Counted from the first letter of the stretch, positions 52,201-61,684 are shown. The stretch is DNA of 64,000 nucleotides from Candidatus Poribacteria bacterium (GCA_965242965.1 OZ251518.1:4448001-4512000), one strand, 5' to 3'. The notes: generated by a model not told the origin, from the sequence alone. Numbers and translations: made by a program.

Positions 52201-53338
52201 CACCGAAGGTATGCTGTCCTTCTGTCACGGGAAGCGAAAAAGTAAGGGAGTCTTCTCCCGAACCCTCTTTGTATTTCAGTTCCGCCTCGTAACCGTCCCC
52301 CTTGATATAAAAAGTCGGTTGCTTGGCAGGATCGGTGCTTACTTTTACCGGCTCGCTAAACCGCACGGTGATGGCGATCTCGTCGCCGGCTTTGTAATAG
52401 GCGGCTTCATGCGTCACCTCGTCTAATGCCACGGTCGACCAGCCGGGTGCCTCCACGTGAGGACATGCCTTGATGTAGTCATCGCCGAATAGTCCGTGAT
52501 TCTCCAAACACGTTTGGCGCACCTCGTGATAGCGGGATTTTCCGGACTGTCCGGCAGGCGGCGGGGCTATCGTCAGTCGATGCGTCTCCGTATCCGTCGC
52601 GATTGTCGGCGGAATGCTATCTATTGCAGGCAAACTCAATGTGCCCAACCACGTGAGCGTGCCTGGATCAACCCAATCGCCTCCTTCCTTAATACGCCCA
52701 TCTGGCAACGCTATTAGAGGGGTATCAGTGAGCCAACCGCTGTTTTCCGCTGTCTCCCCTGTCCCTATTCTGTAGGTGTAGAGCGCGGTGAACGCATCGA
52801 GGTTAGTCGTCGCTAGATCAAATCCGTGGTGATTCGGTCGGAGCGTGTAACCGCTGCCTCCGTTTGCCCAATCCAGGCGGATGTTTGTGTTCCACCGAAC
52901 CGCCGATACATTCTGCAACCGAACCGCAATCCCGATGATATCACCGGGCCCAAGGGCATCGTCAGAACCGACTTCCTCACCACCGATAGGATAACCGGTG
53001 GCTAAATCGATTTTAACGTATTTCACGTAGGGATCTCTTGAATTTCTCAAGTACGACTCTTCTGGCCCGAACATCCCTTCCCGCAGCGGGCCTGACCCGG
53101 CATATCTGTGTGGGGCACCGGTACGCAGTTGGTTGCGATTTCTCAACAGCATCGGCAATGCGTCCAAGTCTACGTCATCCCGACTGACGAAGTCAGAATC
53201 ATCAAGTTTGAAAATCTTAATCCACTCTATGCGGATATCCGCCTCGGCACCCTTCGGGATAGCGAGGACAGAAACACCGATGGCGAGGAGCAGGAAAACG
53301 AAAAACCTCGCCGATAAAAAAAGCGATTTCTTCATCAT
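49268..53338 (-). CDS. Large secreted protein with Ig-like regions and two lamin-tail-like domains
   Basis: Signal peptide; IVFNEL..DWLELRN and ITFSEIM..QWIELYN; GTPG motifs; LPVELSRF C-terminal domain. Confidence 0.8.
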   Translation of the reverse strand: MMKKSLFLSARFFVFLLLAIGVSVLAIPKGAEADIRIEWIKIFKLDDSDFVSRDDVDLDALPMLLRNRNQLRTGAPHRYAGSGPLREGMFGPEESYLRNSRDPYVKYVKIDLATGYPIGGEEVGSDDALGPGDIIGIAVRLQNVSAVRWNTNIRLDWANGGSGYTLRPNHHGFDLATTNLDAFTALYTYRIGTGETAENSGWLTDTPLIALPDGRIKEGGDWVDPGTLTWLGTLSLPAIDSIPPTIATDTETHRLTIAPPPAGQSGKSRYHEVRQTCLENHGLFGDDYIKACPHVEAPGWSTVALDEVTHEAAYYKAGDEIAITVRFSEPVKVSTDPAKQPTFYIKGDGYEAELKYKEGSGEDSLTFSLPVTEGQHTFGGLQVWSAAFWRNTHENFCRAPDTVRLETDEVRWIRDLAGNDFDTCVSLEKELEAFFTDMPALESIAHANPHPSYREENRPEIVAAYKKGIIKYLVDTIPATVWIPGLIKNGELLRHTDFTASDVQTGAFEVQFRFFNSIPPGPGGGSPAAIADEVGTSFTAEDVMLTGTGVNPADWDVEIAYVGLDHRGPNIVQNSASALVYKATITPALGFRGDVSISVPAGATQDIAGNESLASNRLPLPVDTALRVIETPEIVAPPAGAYTAGDKIEVEVTYDRENLRYEGDNPPYLTLYLGEEVPANARHAVWTASEDTNSTKVTFAYTVAATDTVAEAVRVPSVKIMVPEQTSLLSGPLGAPAERQSGTEAAAAASGTAPKTVPVVEPLPEVSPIVSDTPVVPVYPIFEEAAPKAAASEVPEAPIVFNELGNGSGDADDWLELRNVTGSAVSLKEWELSIVQDGKKEDTSLIVFPDASVQANGLLLITNSDPTAEGNALAGGDNVETAEVETKGSSHQYLIKSGLSLPDDGKFLLILRNAREKLGLNEAFVDVAGGGGSDTDAFVREQTGDYDTHVWPLQVLQAPGGDTEDALGSGKVWQRAKADIVGYHRDAWAESAFTGIGYDRKVTESAATSGTPGYPNGAVKPGSATPKGSITFSEIMFDSGGGTLPQWIELYNNSKTDAINLNRWRLEIQNVDSEDLIGRPIVTLTLGEKVIQPNQTVLIVAGPARASSDSYLPADRIYDLLALHEKNLRIKWARDTFLSTEGFYLQLSDRNGNLVDEVGNRDSDRRSDDAPAWALPLSFEEGSRSSVIRRYDKGVALPGQKRASWVLASRIKPFDESLHYGHADDIGTPGHREGGALPVELSRFSMTRNETGEVVLTWTTESEVDNAGFNLRRSEKRASGFTLLNPALIAGAGTTGERQTYTFTDASAKPGIEYYYQIEEVAFDGKPETLVTRLLPGPVSASNRMLTTFGEVKQQE

Positions 53339-53509
53339 AAAATACTCTCCTGTATGAAATAGCGTGAATGGGAAAAAAGTAGCGTTCTCGGAGAAAACAG
53401 GGTAACCGCGGGCGGGTGCCCACGGTTATCCTGCCCCTTAATACCCCTAGTGGGGAGTGAATTTTCCCCGGAACAACGCTGGTAACCGTTGCATCGGACG
53501 ATGCAACGC

Positions 53510-53562
53510 AAAAAGCCCCGTGGCAGGCGCGGACTCGCAAAGGCGAGCGCGTGCCACGAGGC
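53510..53562 (-). terminator. Terminator-like hairpin inside the 5' leader of the 1356-aa gene
   Basis: Minus strand GCCTCGTGGCA...TGCCACGGGGC followed by T5. Confidence 0.55.
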
Positions 53563-53653
53563 GAAAGAAAATAGGCGCGTGCAAAGCACGCGGATTTTGG
53601 GTTGGAATTCAGATAATCTCCCCAGCTCGCCTTCCTGCTGAGAACGTCAGAGG

Positions 53654-53815
53654 TTAACGGGCATTTAGGACGGGGGGGGTAAATCTGATTATGTTCAGTG
53701 CAGTATCATCAACAGGACGCGCAAACGGAGACACGGCGCGCCGCCGGCGCGGCGGGCGCATCGGATGCAGACACTTCGGCGTATCCGCAGAAATGCAAGC
53801 GATTTGAGATGTCAT
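53654..53815 (-). CDS. Putative 53-aa leader peptide (uORF)
   Basis: AAGGAG RBS, ATG 53815, MTSQIACISADTPKCLHPMRPPRRRRAVSPFARPVDDTALNIIRFTPPVLNAR*. Confidence 0.4.
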   Translation of the reverse strand: MTSQIACISADTPKCLHPMRPPRRRRAVSPFARPVDDTALNIIRFTPPVLNAR

Positions 53816-53877
53816 GTTTCGCGCTCCTTTTCGTTGATGAGGGTTTACTATCGCACCAAATTTGTGTTAATGAATAT

Positions 53878-53906
53878 ATTATACCACATTTTCGCGCGTT
53901 TGTCAA
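53878..53906 (-). promoter_or_regulatory. Perfect sigma70 promoter TTGACA-N17-TATAAT with extended -10
   Basis: Exact consensus on the minus strand. Confidence 0.8.
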
Positions 53907-53962
53907 ATTAAAATGTGATTTTTAACAGATTTCCGCGTTTTTTGTCAAAAAACTTGACTTAA

Positions 53963-54331
53963 CCGTAGCGCGAGGGCCTGTCCCTCGCGAACGTTTGATT
54001 ACCGTAACTTGTAGGTTGCGATCGCCCGATCTTGACCCTGTTGCGATCAGGCGATCGCAACCTACAGAGGGGGAAACTCCATCGCGTCGACCTCACCGTA
54101 GGGCGAGGGCCTGTCCCTCGCGAACGTTCATCGCATCCCAGGCATGGCGGGGGACAGGCCCCCGCCCTACGGTGAAGAGAAGCCTGCTCCGACCACCGTA
54201 GGGCGAGGGCCTGTCCCTCGCGATCGCTCGATCACTGGAGCGTTTTCCCGATTCCCGTAGTGCGAGGGCCTGTCCCTCGCGAACTTTCATCGCGCCACGG
54301 GCACGGCGGGAGACAGGCCCCCGCCCTACGG
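53963..54331. repeat. REP-A/REP-D cluster
   Basis: Multiple GTAG hairpins. Confidence 0.8.
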
Positions 54332-54349
54332 TAAAAGGGCGGCGTGCAT

Positions 54350-57300
54350 TCAATTCCGCGCTTCGGGAATAACCGTCAACATCACCCGAACCCCATCCCG
54401 CAAGACGACAACTTCAACCGATTCTCCGATTTTCACCGCATCCAAAGCGTAGGTGTAATCGTAGATATTGGCAATCTGTTGCCCGCCAAATTTGATAATC
54501 ACATCGCCGCCTTTTAACCCTGCTTTATCGGCGGGACCGCCGGCGCGGACACCGGAGAGTTTCACGCCGGCAGTATCGGTGCTATAATCGGGAATAGTGC
54601 CTAAGTAAGCGCGAAGCGTGTCGCGCGAACCGCCGCCCGACTGACTCCGCTCAACTTCAACGTATTCGGGACGTTCCGCCGCAGCCGCGATGTCTAAAAT
54701 CATGCTGTTTACCAACGCAACCACGCGCTCCATGCCTTCATAGTTGAGGTGCTCCACGTCATCGGTGGGACGGTGGTAATCCTCGTGGGCACCGGTGAAG
54801 AAATTCAGCACCGGCACTTTTTTCGGATAGAACGCCGTCACATCGGTTGGCAAATACGGATCCGCCTGCAAGGTCAGGTTGAAACCGACAGGGACATTCT
54901 GCTTCTCAATCAGCGCGGGCCAGGCATTCGATGAGCCAACGCCTTGTAGGATCAGGGTGTTCTCTTCCAGCCGTCCCACCATATCAAAATTGAGATACGC
55001 GGTGATCTGCTCCAACGGCACCACAGGATTTTCAGCGAAGTAAGAAGAGCCGATGATTCCGATTTCTTCCCCAGACCAGAGTGCGAAGATGATGCCTCTT
55101 GCACGTGTTTCGGGCGTTTTGCTGAGTCGCTCCGCCAATTCTAAAACGACAGCGGTGCCGGAGGCGTTGTCATCTGCACCGTTGTGAATCTGTCCTTCTT
55201 CGCCTTTCCGTGCGAGTGAACCTATTTCGCCGTAGCCGAGTCCGTCATAGTGCGCGCCGATGACGATGTATTCTGTATCAGGATGGGAGCCTGCTGCATC
55301 GGGACCGGGGGGCTCGCCTACAGCATCGAGACCGGAGGGCTCGCCTACAGCATCGAGACCAGAGGGCTCTCCTACGGGGAGTCGAGACCGGGAGGTCTCT
55401 CCTACGGGACTGACAGGCGGTAGCAACGCAATCACGTTCCGAGCGGTTTTCTTCACTTTTTCGACCGAAACGGTGATTTTGATAGTGACATCGGGCAGCG
55501 GAAATTGCCCGATAAAATGCGGATTCTCCACATCAAGTCCGGCTTGAACCTCTTTGAGTTGCTTTCCTGCGGGCGCGAACAGCGCGTTCGCCACGGTATC
55601 GCTGATGGAGGCGGCGACGATGCCGGAATCAGCGAGGCTGTTATCAAAATCCAGCGGAATCAGTTTGCCGGCATTGGGCGAATTCGGTCCGGCGACAACG
55701 AGGAACGCCTTCGCGCCGCGTTCCCGCGCCTGCATCGCCTTATAGCGGAGTCCGGCGTATCTATTGAGTTCCTGCCGACGTTCAGGTTCAACTTCTTCGG
55801 GGACATACCGGAGTGCGAGGACGATTTTGTCGGTGACATCAATGCCGGCGTAGGCATCGTAGCCGACTCCCATTTCACCGGGGACGGTGAGTCCGTATCC
55901 GACGAAAACGACTTCGCCTTCAACTACGCCGTTTCGCGAAAAAGAGAGCGGCATAAAGTCAGTTTCCACGCCAAATTCCAATGTTTCGTTTGTTTTTTGT
56001 GTGTGTCCCGCGTGCTGTCCGTCCTCTGTCGGCCGCGTGAGCCAGAAGCGATTTTCGTTTGGAATGAGTTTTCTGCCTGCGGTGAATTGGAATTTTTGAA
56101 AGTAGGCGGATTCAGAGGGCTCTCCCAATACCGCGGGATCGCGGGGGACAGGCCCCCGCGCTACGGTAGACGGCCGTTTCCCTTTCACCGTAGGGCGAGG
56201 GCCTGTCCCTCGCCATGCATCGGCAGAGTCAGAGGGCTCTTCTAAGACCGAGGGATCGCGGGGGACAGGCCCCCGCGCTACGGTAGACGGCTGTTTCCCT
56301 TTCACCGTAGGGCGAGGGCCTGTCCCTCGCCATGCCTCGGAATCCGAAGAATCTCCTACCGGTATCAGGCCCAACTCCTTAAACTGTTCGGCGATGTAAT
56401 TTGCCGCCTGTTTCGCGCCATCGGAGCCTGTCATCCTGCCTTCCAATGCATCGTCGGCAAGGAATTCAATATGCTTTCGGAGGCTGGTTTGCGTTCCGTT
56501 TGCTGGAGCGAGTTCATCATCCGGGACGTTCGTGTGCGCGCTTTCCGGTGCCGCCGCTAACGCCGATAATGCGGCTTGATGATTCCACGCCGCCAGATAG
56601 AGCTGCGAAACATCTTGGCTGTTGCGGTTTGATGTCCAGCACAGTGTGTTTCCATCAGGCGAGAAGACCGGGAGTCCATCGAACCCCTCTGTGTGCGTCA
56701 CGCGGATGGGTTCGTGCCGCCCGGCGGCATCCACCAAAAATAACTCAAAGTTGGAAAACCCGAACTTGTTGGAGGCGAAGATGACATACGCGCCGGAGGG
56801 ATGGAAATAGGGTGCCCATGACATGCTGTCAAAATCGGTGAGTCGTCTCACGCGCGAGCCGTCCGTGCGCATCGTGTAGATGTCGGATTTACTTCCATCG
56901 GGTGTGAAGTGCCGCCAGACGATGTGTTGCCCATCGGGTGTAAAAAAGGGACCGCCGTCGTAACCCGGCTTATCTGTCAACCGCTGCTGGTTTGAGCCAT
57001 CGGCGTTCATGATGTAAATTTCGCCGAAATAGGCAGGATCGACTTCGAGCTGCTTCAATTCCTTCGGTGACAACCCGCTTTTGGGATATGCATCGCGCAG
57101 GGAGCAGAAAACGATGCGCGTGCCATCAGGCGAGTAAGATGCCTCCGCATCGTAGCCGGGGGCATCTGTCAACTGCTCAAGCTTACTTCCATCGCGCTTG
57201 GCAGAGAAAATGTCCATCGCCTCATCGTAATCCCAACTATAGCGGCGTTCCTTTCCCGACGCGCGAAATTCCAGTTCCTCCGCCTGCTTAGCAGAGGCGA

Positions 57301-57625
57301 ATATATCGTGGTGCGTTGAGGCGTAAAGCACTTCATCGGTGCCGGGGCGAAAGAAGGCGCACGTCGTCTTCCCAACGCCGGTTGACACGCGGTGCGTATC
57401 GCCGCTCTTCAAATCCATGAGATAGATCTGGTAGAACGGGTTGTCGGGTTCACGTTCGCTCTGGAAGATGAGCGCGGTGCCGTTTTCGGAAAAGTATCCT
57501 TCTCCGGCGCGCTTGCCGCTGTAAGTTAATTGCCGCGTGTTGTCGAGGAATTGTGATTCTTCGGCAGCCGCGGAAATGGTGAAGCACAGCGCGCAAAGCA
57601 CGCCTATCCATGTTATGAAACGCAT
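54350..57625 (-). CDS. Secreted M28 family aminopeptidase with PD40/TolB-like repeats, PA and PDZ domains; two in-frame REP insertions
   Basis: GAHYD, NGADDNASG, SGEE, NFDMVG, DYHRPTD; YDGGPFFTPDG repeats; GGPADKAGLKGGD PDZ. Confidence 0.9.
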   Translation of the reverse strand: MRFITWIGVLCALCFTISAAAEESQFLDNTRQLTYSGKRAGEGYFSENGTALIFQSEREPDNPFYQIYLMDLKSGDTHRVSTGVGKTTCAFFRPGTDEVLYASTHHDIFASAKQAEELEFRASGKERRYSWDYDEAMDIFSAKRDGSKLEQLTDAPGYDAEASYSPDGTRIVFCSLRDAYPKSGLSPKELKQLEVDPAYFGEIYIMNADGSNQQRLTDKPGYDGGPFFTPDGQHIVWRHFTPDGSKSDIYTMRTDGSRVRRLTDFDSMSWAPYFHPSGAYVIFASNKFGFSNFELFLVDAAGRHEPIRVTHTEGFDGLPVFSPDGNTLCWTSNRNSQDVSQLYLAAWNHQAALSALAAAPESAHTNVPDDELAPANGTQTSLRKHIEFLADDALEGRMTGSDGAKQAANYIAEQFKELGLIPVGDSSDSEAWRGTGPRPTVKGKQPSTVARGPVPRDPSVLEEPSDSADAWRGTGPRPTVKGKRPSTVARGPVPRDPAVLGEPSESAYFQKFQFTAGRKLIPNENRFWLTRPTEDGQHAGHTQKTNETLEFGVETDFMPLSFSRNGVVEGEVVFVGYGLTVPGEMGVGYDAYAGIDVTDKIVLALRYVPEEVEPERRQELNRYAGLRYKAMQARERGAKAFLVVAGPNSPNAGKLIPLDFDNSLADSGIVAASISDTVANALFAPAGKQLKEVQAGLDVENPHFIGQFPLPDVTIKITVSVEKVKKTARNVIALLPPVSPVGETSRSRLPVGEPSGLDAVGEPSGLDAVGEPPGPDAAGSHPDTEYIVIGAHYDGLGYGEIGSLARKGEEGQIHNGADDNASGTAVVLELAERLSKTPETRARGIIFALWSGEEIGIIGSSYFAENPVVPLEQITAYLNFDMVGRLEENTLILQGVGSSNAWPALIEKQNVPVGFNLTLQADPYLPTDVTAFYPKKVPVLNFFTGAHEDYHRPTDDVEHLNYEGMERVVALVNSMILDIAAAAERPEYVEVERSQSGGGSRDTLRAYLGTIPDYSTDTAGVKLSGVRAGGPADKAGLKGGDVIIKFGGQQIANIYDYTYALDAVKIGESVEVVVLRDGVRVMLTVIPEARN

Positions 57626-57682
57626 TTCAATTTTCTCCTATTGTGTGAGAGATCGCTACGGTGAAAAAAACGTGCCGATTCC

Positions 57683-58062
57683 CGTAGGGCGAGGGCCTGT
57701 CCCTCGCCAAGCCACGATCGCGGGGGAAACCCGCTCGCATGCGCGTATGGCATGCGAGGGCCCCCGCGCTACGGGAATTGAGCACCGCCTACTCCTGTAG
57801 GTCAAGATCGCCTGATCTTGACCTGTTTGCGATCAGGCGATCGCAATCTACAGAAGGGAAGCGCAAGGGCCTATCCCGCGCCAGGCTCTGGGGCACGGAA
57901 CGATCGCGGGGGACAGGCCCCGCGCTACGGTGAAAAAACGTGTCGATTACCGTAGGGCGAGGGCCTGTCCCTCGCCATGCCACGATCGCGGGGGACAGGC
58001 CCCCGCGCTACGGGCCAAGAGGCGTTCCCCTCACCGTAGCGCGAGGGCCTGTCCCTCGCGAT
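57683..58062. repeat. REP cluster
   Basis: GTAG hairpins of types A and D. Confidence 0.8.
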
Positions 58063-58085
58063 CGCACGCCGCACCAAGCTTTGCC

Positions 58086-58937
58086 CTACAAATACTGCGC
58101 CGCCATCTTTTTCAGGAACGCGAGGCCATCCGTGGCAAGACTCTCCGCACTCGGCGCGATATCACGCCAGATACAGGTTGCGGCGGCAATCTCTTTGACT
58201 GCCGGCGTAAACGACTCGATTACCAGCCATCTGTCGTAGTTCAGTTGCGCGAGCGCGCCGAATACGTCATCCCACGGGACTAAGCCGGTGCCGGGGGTAC
58301 CCCGGTCGTTTTCGCAGCAGTGGACATGATGCAACTGAGTGCCAGTGTCAAGAATGGCTTGCCCCTGGTTCTTTTCTTCGATGTTCATGTGGAAGGTATC
58401 CAGATGCACCTTGAAGTAAGGGCTGCCGACTGCTTCGGCGAGTTTGACGGCATCCTCGGCGATGTTCACAAAATAGGTCTCGAATCGGTTGAGCGGTTCA
58501 CTGGCGAGAGTTACGCCGTGCTTCCCCGCGAATTCAGCGACTTCCTGGAGTCCTTCGACGCACCAGTCCCATTCCTGCTGATTCCTACCTCTGCCGACGA
58601 GTTTCCCGACGGCACTATACATCGGTCCGACGTATGTATCGCCGCCGAGTTCAGCGATGATCTCGATGGCGCGTTTGAGGTAAGTTTTGCCGTTTTCGCG
58701 CACGGCCGGGTCTTCGTCGATTGGGTTCCGGTCGGGGCTCATGATATTGCATCCGATGACTTGCAATCCGGTTTCTTTGAGAGTGGTTTGCGTATGCGGG
58801 ATGTCTACCGTCTCGGGGTCAAAAATGGGAATTTCCACGCCATCAAATCCCATTTCGGCGACTTTCGGGATGAGTTCTACCGTTTCGCGATCAAACTTAT
58901 CTGCCCAGAGTAATAAATTGACACCAAATTTTGGCAT
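58086..58937 (-). CDS. D-psicose/D-tagatose 3-epimerase family protein
   Basis: GFDGVEIP, EPLNRFE, LDTFHMNIEE, ENDRG.PG.G. Confidence 0.85.
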   Translation of the reverse strand: MPKFGVNLLLWADKFDRETVELIPKVAEMGFDGVEIPIFDPETVDIPHTQTTLKETGLQVIGCNIMSPDRNPIDEDPAVRENGKTYLKRAIEIIAELGGDTYVGPMYSAVGKLVGRGRNQQEWDWCVEGLQEVAEFAGKHGVTLASEPLNRFETYFVNIAEDAVKLAEAVGSPYFKVHLDTFHMNIEEKNQGQAILDTGTQLHHVHCCENDRGTPGTGLVPWDDVFGALAQLNYDRWLVIESFTPAVKEIAAATCIWRDIAPSAESLATDGLAFLKKMAAQYL

Positions 58938-59015
58938 TTTGTGTTGTTCTCCTGTAGAATTGAAGGTCTGTTTTTTAGTTTAGCAGAAAGTGCAATGTGT
59001 TGCAAGTTAAATGTT

Positions 59016-59640
59016 GGAGCAGGATATGGAGCAGGATATGAGCAGGATTTACAAGATTAGTCAAGATTGAGCAGGATTAGGAGCAGGAAACTGTAGTTCG
59101 GGAGCACCTGCTCCCGAAACGGCGCATGGCGAGGCTAACCCCTCTCTGGCCCGTAGCGCGGGGGCCTGTCCCCCGCGATCGTTCGATCTGCGCAAAAACC
59201 GCGCGCCGACCCAGGCCGTTTCCCCGATCGAGGCACGGCGAGGGACAGGCCCTCGCCCTACGGTAAACGGAGACGGCCTTGCATACCGTAGCGCGGGGGC
59301 CTGTCCCCCGCGATCGTCCGATCCGCGCGAAAAACGCACGCAGACTAACGCCGTTTCCCTCTCGATCGCGGCACGGCGAGGGACAGGCCCTCGCCCTACG
59401 GTGAAAGGAGACGGTCTTGCATACCGTAGCGCGGGGGCCTGTCCCCCGCGATCGTTCGATCTGCGCGAAAATCACCCGCCAACCAACGCCGTTTCTCGTT
59501 CCGATCGAGGCATGGCGAGGGACAGGCCCTCGCCCTACGGTCAGCGGCACGTTTTTTCTTCACCGTAGCGCGGGGGCCTGTCCCCCGCGAGCGTTCATGT
59601 GCCCGGTGGCATGGCGAGGGACAGGCCCTCGCCCTACGGT
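59016..59640. repeat. GAGCAGGAT short repeats followed by a REP-A inverted-pair array
   Basis: Inverted counterpart of modules at 11700-12272. Confidence 0.8.
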
Positions 59641-59682
59641 CAGCGGCACGATTTTTCAAAATGCCGCTGCCAAACCAATGCG

Positions 59683-60546
59683 CTAACGTGAGATAACGCC
59701 GTGTTCCTCAAGCCAACCTTTCAATGGGACATCCGCATCTTTCGGCGAGAAATGGCCATTGGCATTCGTGCCGCCGCCGAGCAGCTGTTGACGAATCGGG
59801 TCATTCCGGTCAAATATCTCCGGCGGGATAGTCATGTCATCTTTACTCCGCAGCCATCGGTATCCGTAGCCGTAGAAAAGCCCTTTGCGCGTGATGTCTG
59901 AATCGTTTTCGCTGCGCGCATGCCAGATACGCCGGTCGAAGAAAACGGCATCGCCGGGTTTGCAGCAGACCGGGATCGCGCCTTCGGGATGCGAACCGTC
60001 CTGCGGACGCTCTAAAGTATCCCACAGATGACTGCCCGGAATAATGTAGAAATTCCCGCGCCCGACTTCCGAACAATCGGAAAGCCAATAGACTACTTTG
60101 ATGGAGAGACGCGGCCGCGGCGAGCTCTCAATCTCGATGTTGACGCGCCCGCTATCCTGATGCCAGCCGAGCGATGCCGGTGTGCCGCGAAGTTCCTCCA
60201 AACGCGGCGGCGTGATAATCAGATGACTATGATACGAATAGATATTCCAGCCTAACGCGCCCCACACCTTCGGGAACGTCTTATACCAATCCAGAATGTT
60301 GACAAACATCTGGTCCTTCCCGAGGAAATTCGGGTAGAAGAAGTTCTTGTCCGGGGTCATCGGACTTTTAGTGTAGGGATCGTAGCCCGCGTCCAAATGT
60401 TGGTTGTAAATCCGATCAACGCGCGCCTCTAACCGCGCAACTAAATCTGGTGGTAAGGCGTTTTCGACGATGAAATACCCATCCTCGTTCAACCCGCGGT
60501 GCTGCTCATCGGTGAGCTGGTGTTGCAGATGGCGTTCGTCAAGCAT
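59683..60546 (-). CDS. PhyH family dioxygenase
   Basis: WHQD, IPGSH, IWHA; AGGAGG RBS. Confidence 0.85.
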   Translation of the reverse strand: MLDERHLQHQLTDEQHRGLNEDGYFIVENALPPDLVARLEARVDRIYNQHLDAGYDPYTKSPMTPDKNFFYPNFLGKDQMFVNILDWYKTFPKVWGALGWNIYSYHSHLIITPPRLEELRGTPASLGWHQDSGRVNIEIESSPRPRLSIKVVYWLSDCSEVGRGNFYIIPGSHLWDTLERPQDGSHPEGAIPVCCKPGDAVFFDRRIWHARSENDSDITRKGLFYGYGYRWLRSKDDMTIPPEIFDRNDPIRQQLLGGGTNANGHFSPKDADVPLKGWLEEHGVISR

Positions 60547-60730
60547 AGATTTTTCCTCCTATGTAAGTGAGGGTGTTTCATAAATCCGTTTCGGTATTTA
60601 TCCTGCCTTGGAGGGCGGGCGAATACCGGAAGGTATCGGGCCCACCGCTGTAGTTCGGGATCGCCTGATCCCGAACGGGTCAAGATCGGGGGATCTTGAC
60701 CTACAGGGGTGATGCGTCAGGAGGTCTCTC

Positions 60731-61684
60731 CTACTGGGGGAGAGGGCCTTCGATTGCGTCAACGAGATGGATTGAGTGAATCACGTCGCGGAGGTCTGTG
60801 AGTGGCACTTTCTTGTTGCGCACGCAGTCGACAAAATGGCGATGCATCGTCAGCACGCCTTCGTAACTCGCCGTGTCACGCGAGTCAACGCCATCCACTT
60901 CCCAACCGCCCATGACGCTTCGGTTGTTGTCCTCGTAAATCTCAATTTCCTCAGGGATTTTCATATAGCAACCGATGCCGACTCCGTGCAATTCGGAGCG
61001 TAGCACGCGCCCACCCGATGCACGATTTCCGAAAAGCACGCCGGTGACGTTGTTATCAAATCGGACAAAGGCGGTGTAGAAGTTCCGCTGTTCTGCATCG
61101 AACGTATCGCGATGCGCAGTGACCTCCACCGGTTCGCCGCCTGCCATGTAGCGTAGCAGATCGACGACGTGGCAGACATCGTTCCAGAGGGTTGTCGTGA
61201 ATTCGCGATTCTGCCCCAGAATCTGCTTGTTGAACGTCGTCACCGCAAGCGAGACGGGGCCCTTTTCAGCGACGCGCCGCATCGCCTCGCGCGTCACGGC
61301 GGCATATCGCCGCTGAAACCCCACCATGCAGTAGACATCGTTGGCAATGGCGGCTTCCAGCAGTTGTTGGGTTTCGTCGCTTGTCGCGCCCGGCGGTTTT
61401 TCGATAAACAGATGCTTCCCGGCATTAAGGCAATCCAGCGCGGGTTGCAAAATCCACTTCTCGTTCATAACGCAGTAAACGATGTCCAATTCTTGCGTAT
61501 CCAACATCTTCCGGTGATCGGTGAACGTATGGGGGAATTCGTATTTTTGCGCGACTTGTGCCAATTTTGCTTCATCAAGTTCACACGCCGCGAGCATCGC
61601 AACGTCGTCTTCAAGTCGGTTGACACTCGGATAATGCGCGCCTTGGCTGCGTCCGCCTGCACCGATAAATCCTGCTTTCAACAT
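60731..61684 (-). CDS. Gfo/Idh/MocA family oxidoreductase
   Basis: IGAGGRS, IEKPP, GFQRRY. Confidence 0.85.
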   Translation of the reverse strand: MLKAGFIGAGGRSQGAHYPSVNRLEDDVAMLAACELDEAKLAQVAQKYEFPHTFTDHRKMLDTQELDIVYCVMNEKWILQPALDCLNAGKHLFIEKPPGATSDETQQLLEAAIANDVYCMVGFQRRYAAVTREAMRRVAEKGPVSLAVTTFNKQILGQNREFTTTLWNDVCHVVDLLRYMAGGEPVEVTAHRDTFDAEQRNFYTAFVRFDNNVTGVLFGNRASGGRVLRSELHGVGIGCYMKIPEEIEIYEDNNRSVMGGWEVDGVDSRDTASYEGVLTMHRHFVDCVRNKKVPLTDLRDVIHSIHLVDAIEGPLPQ

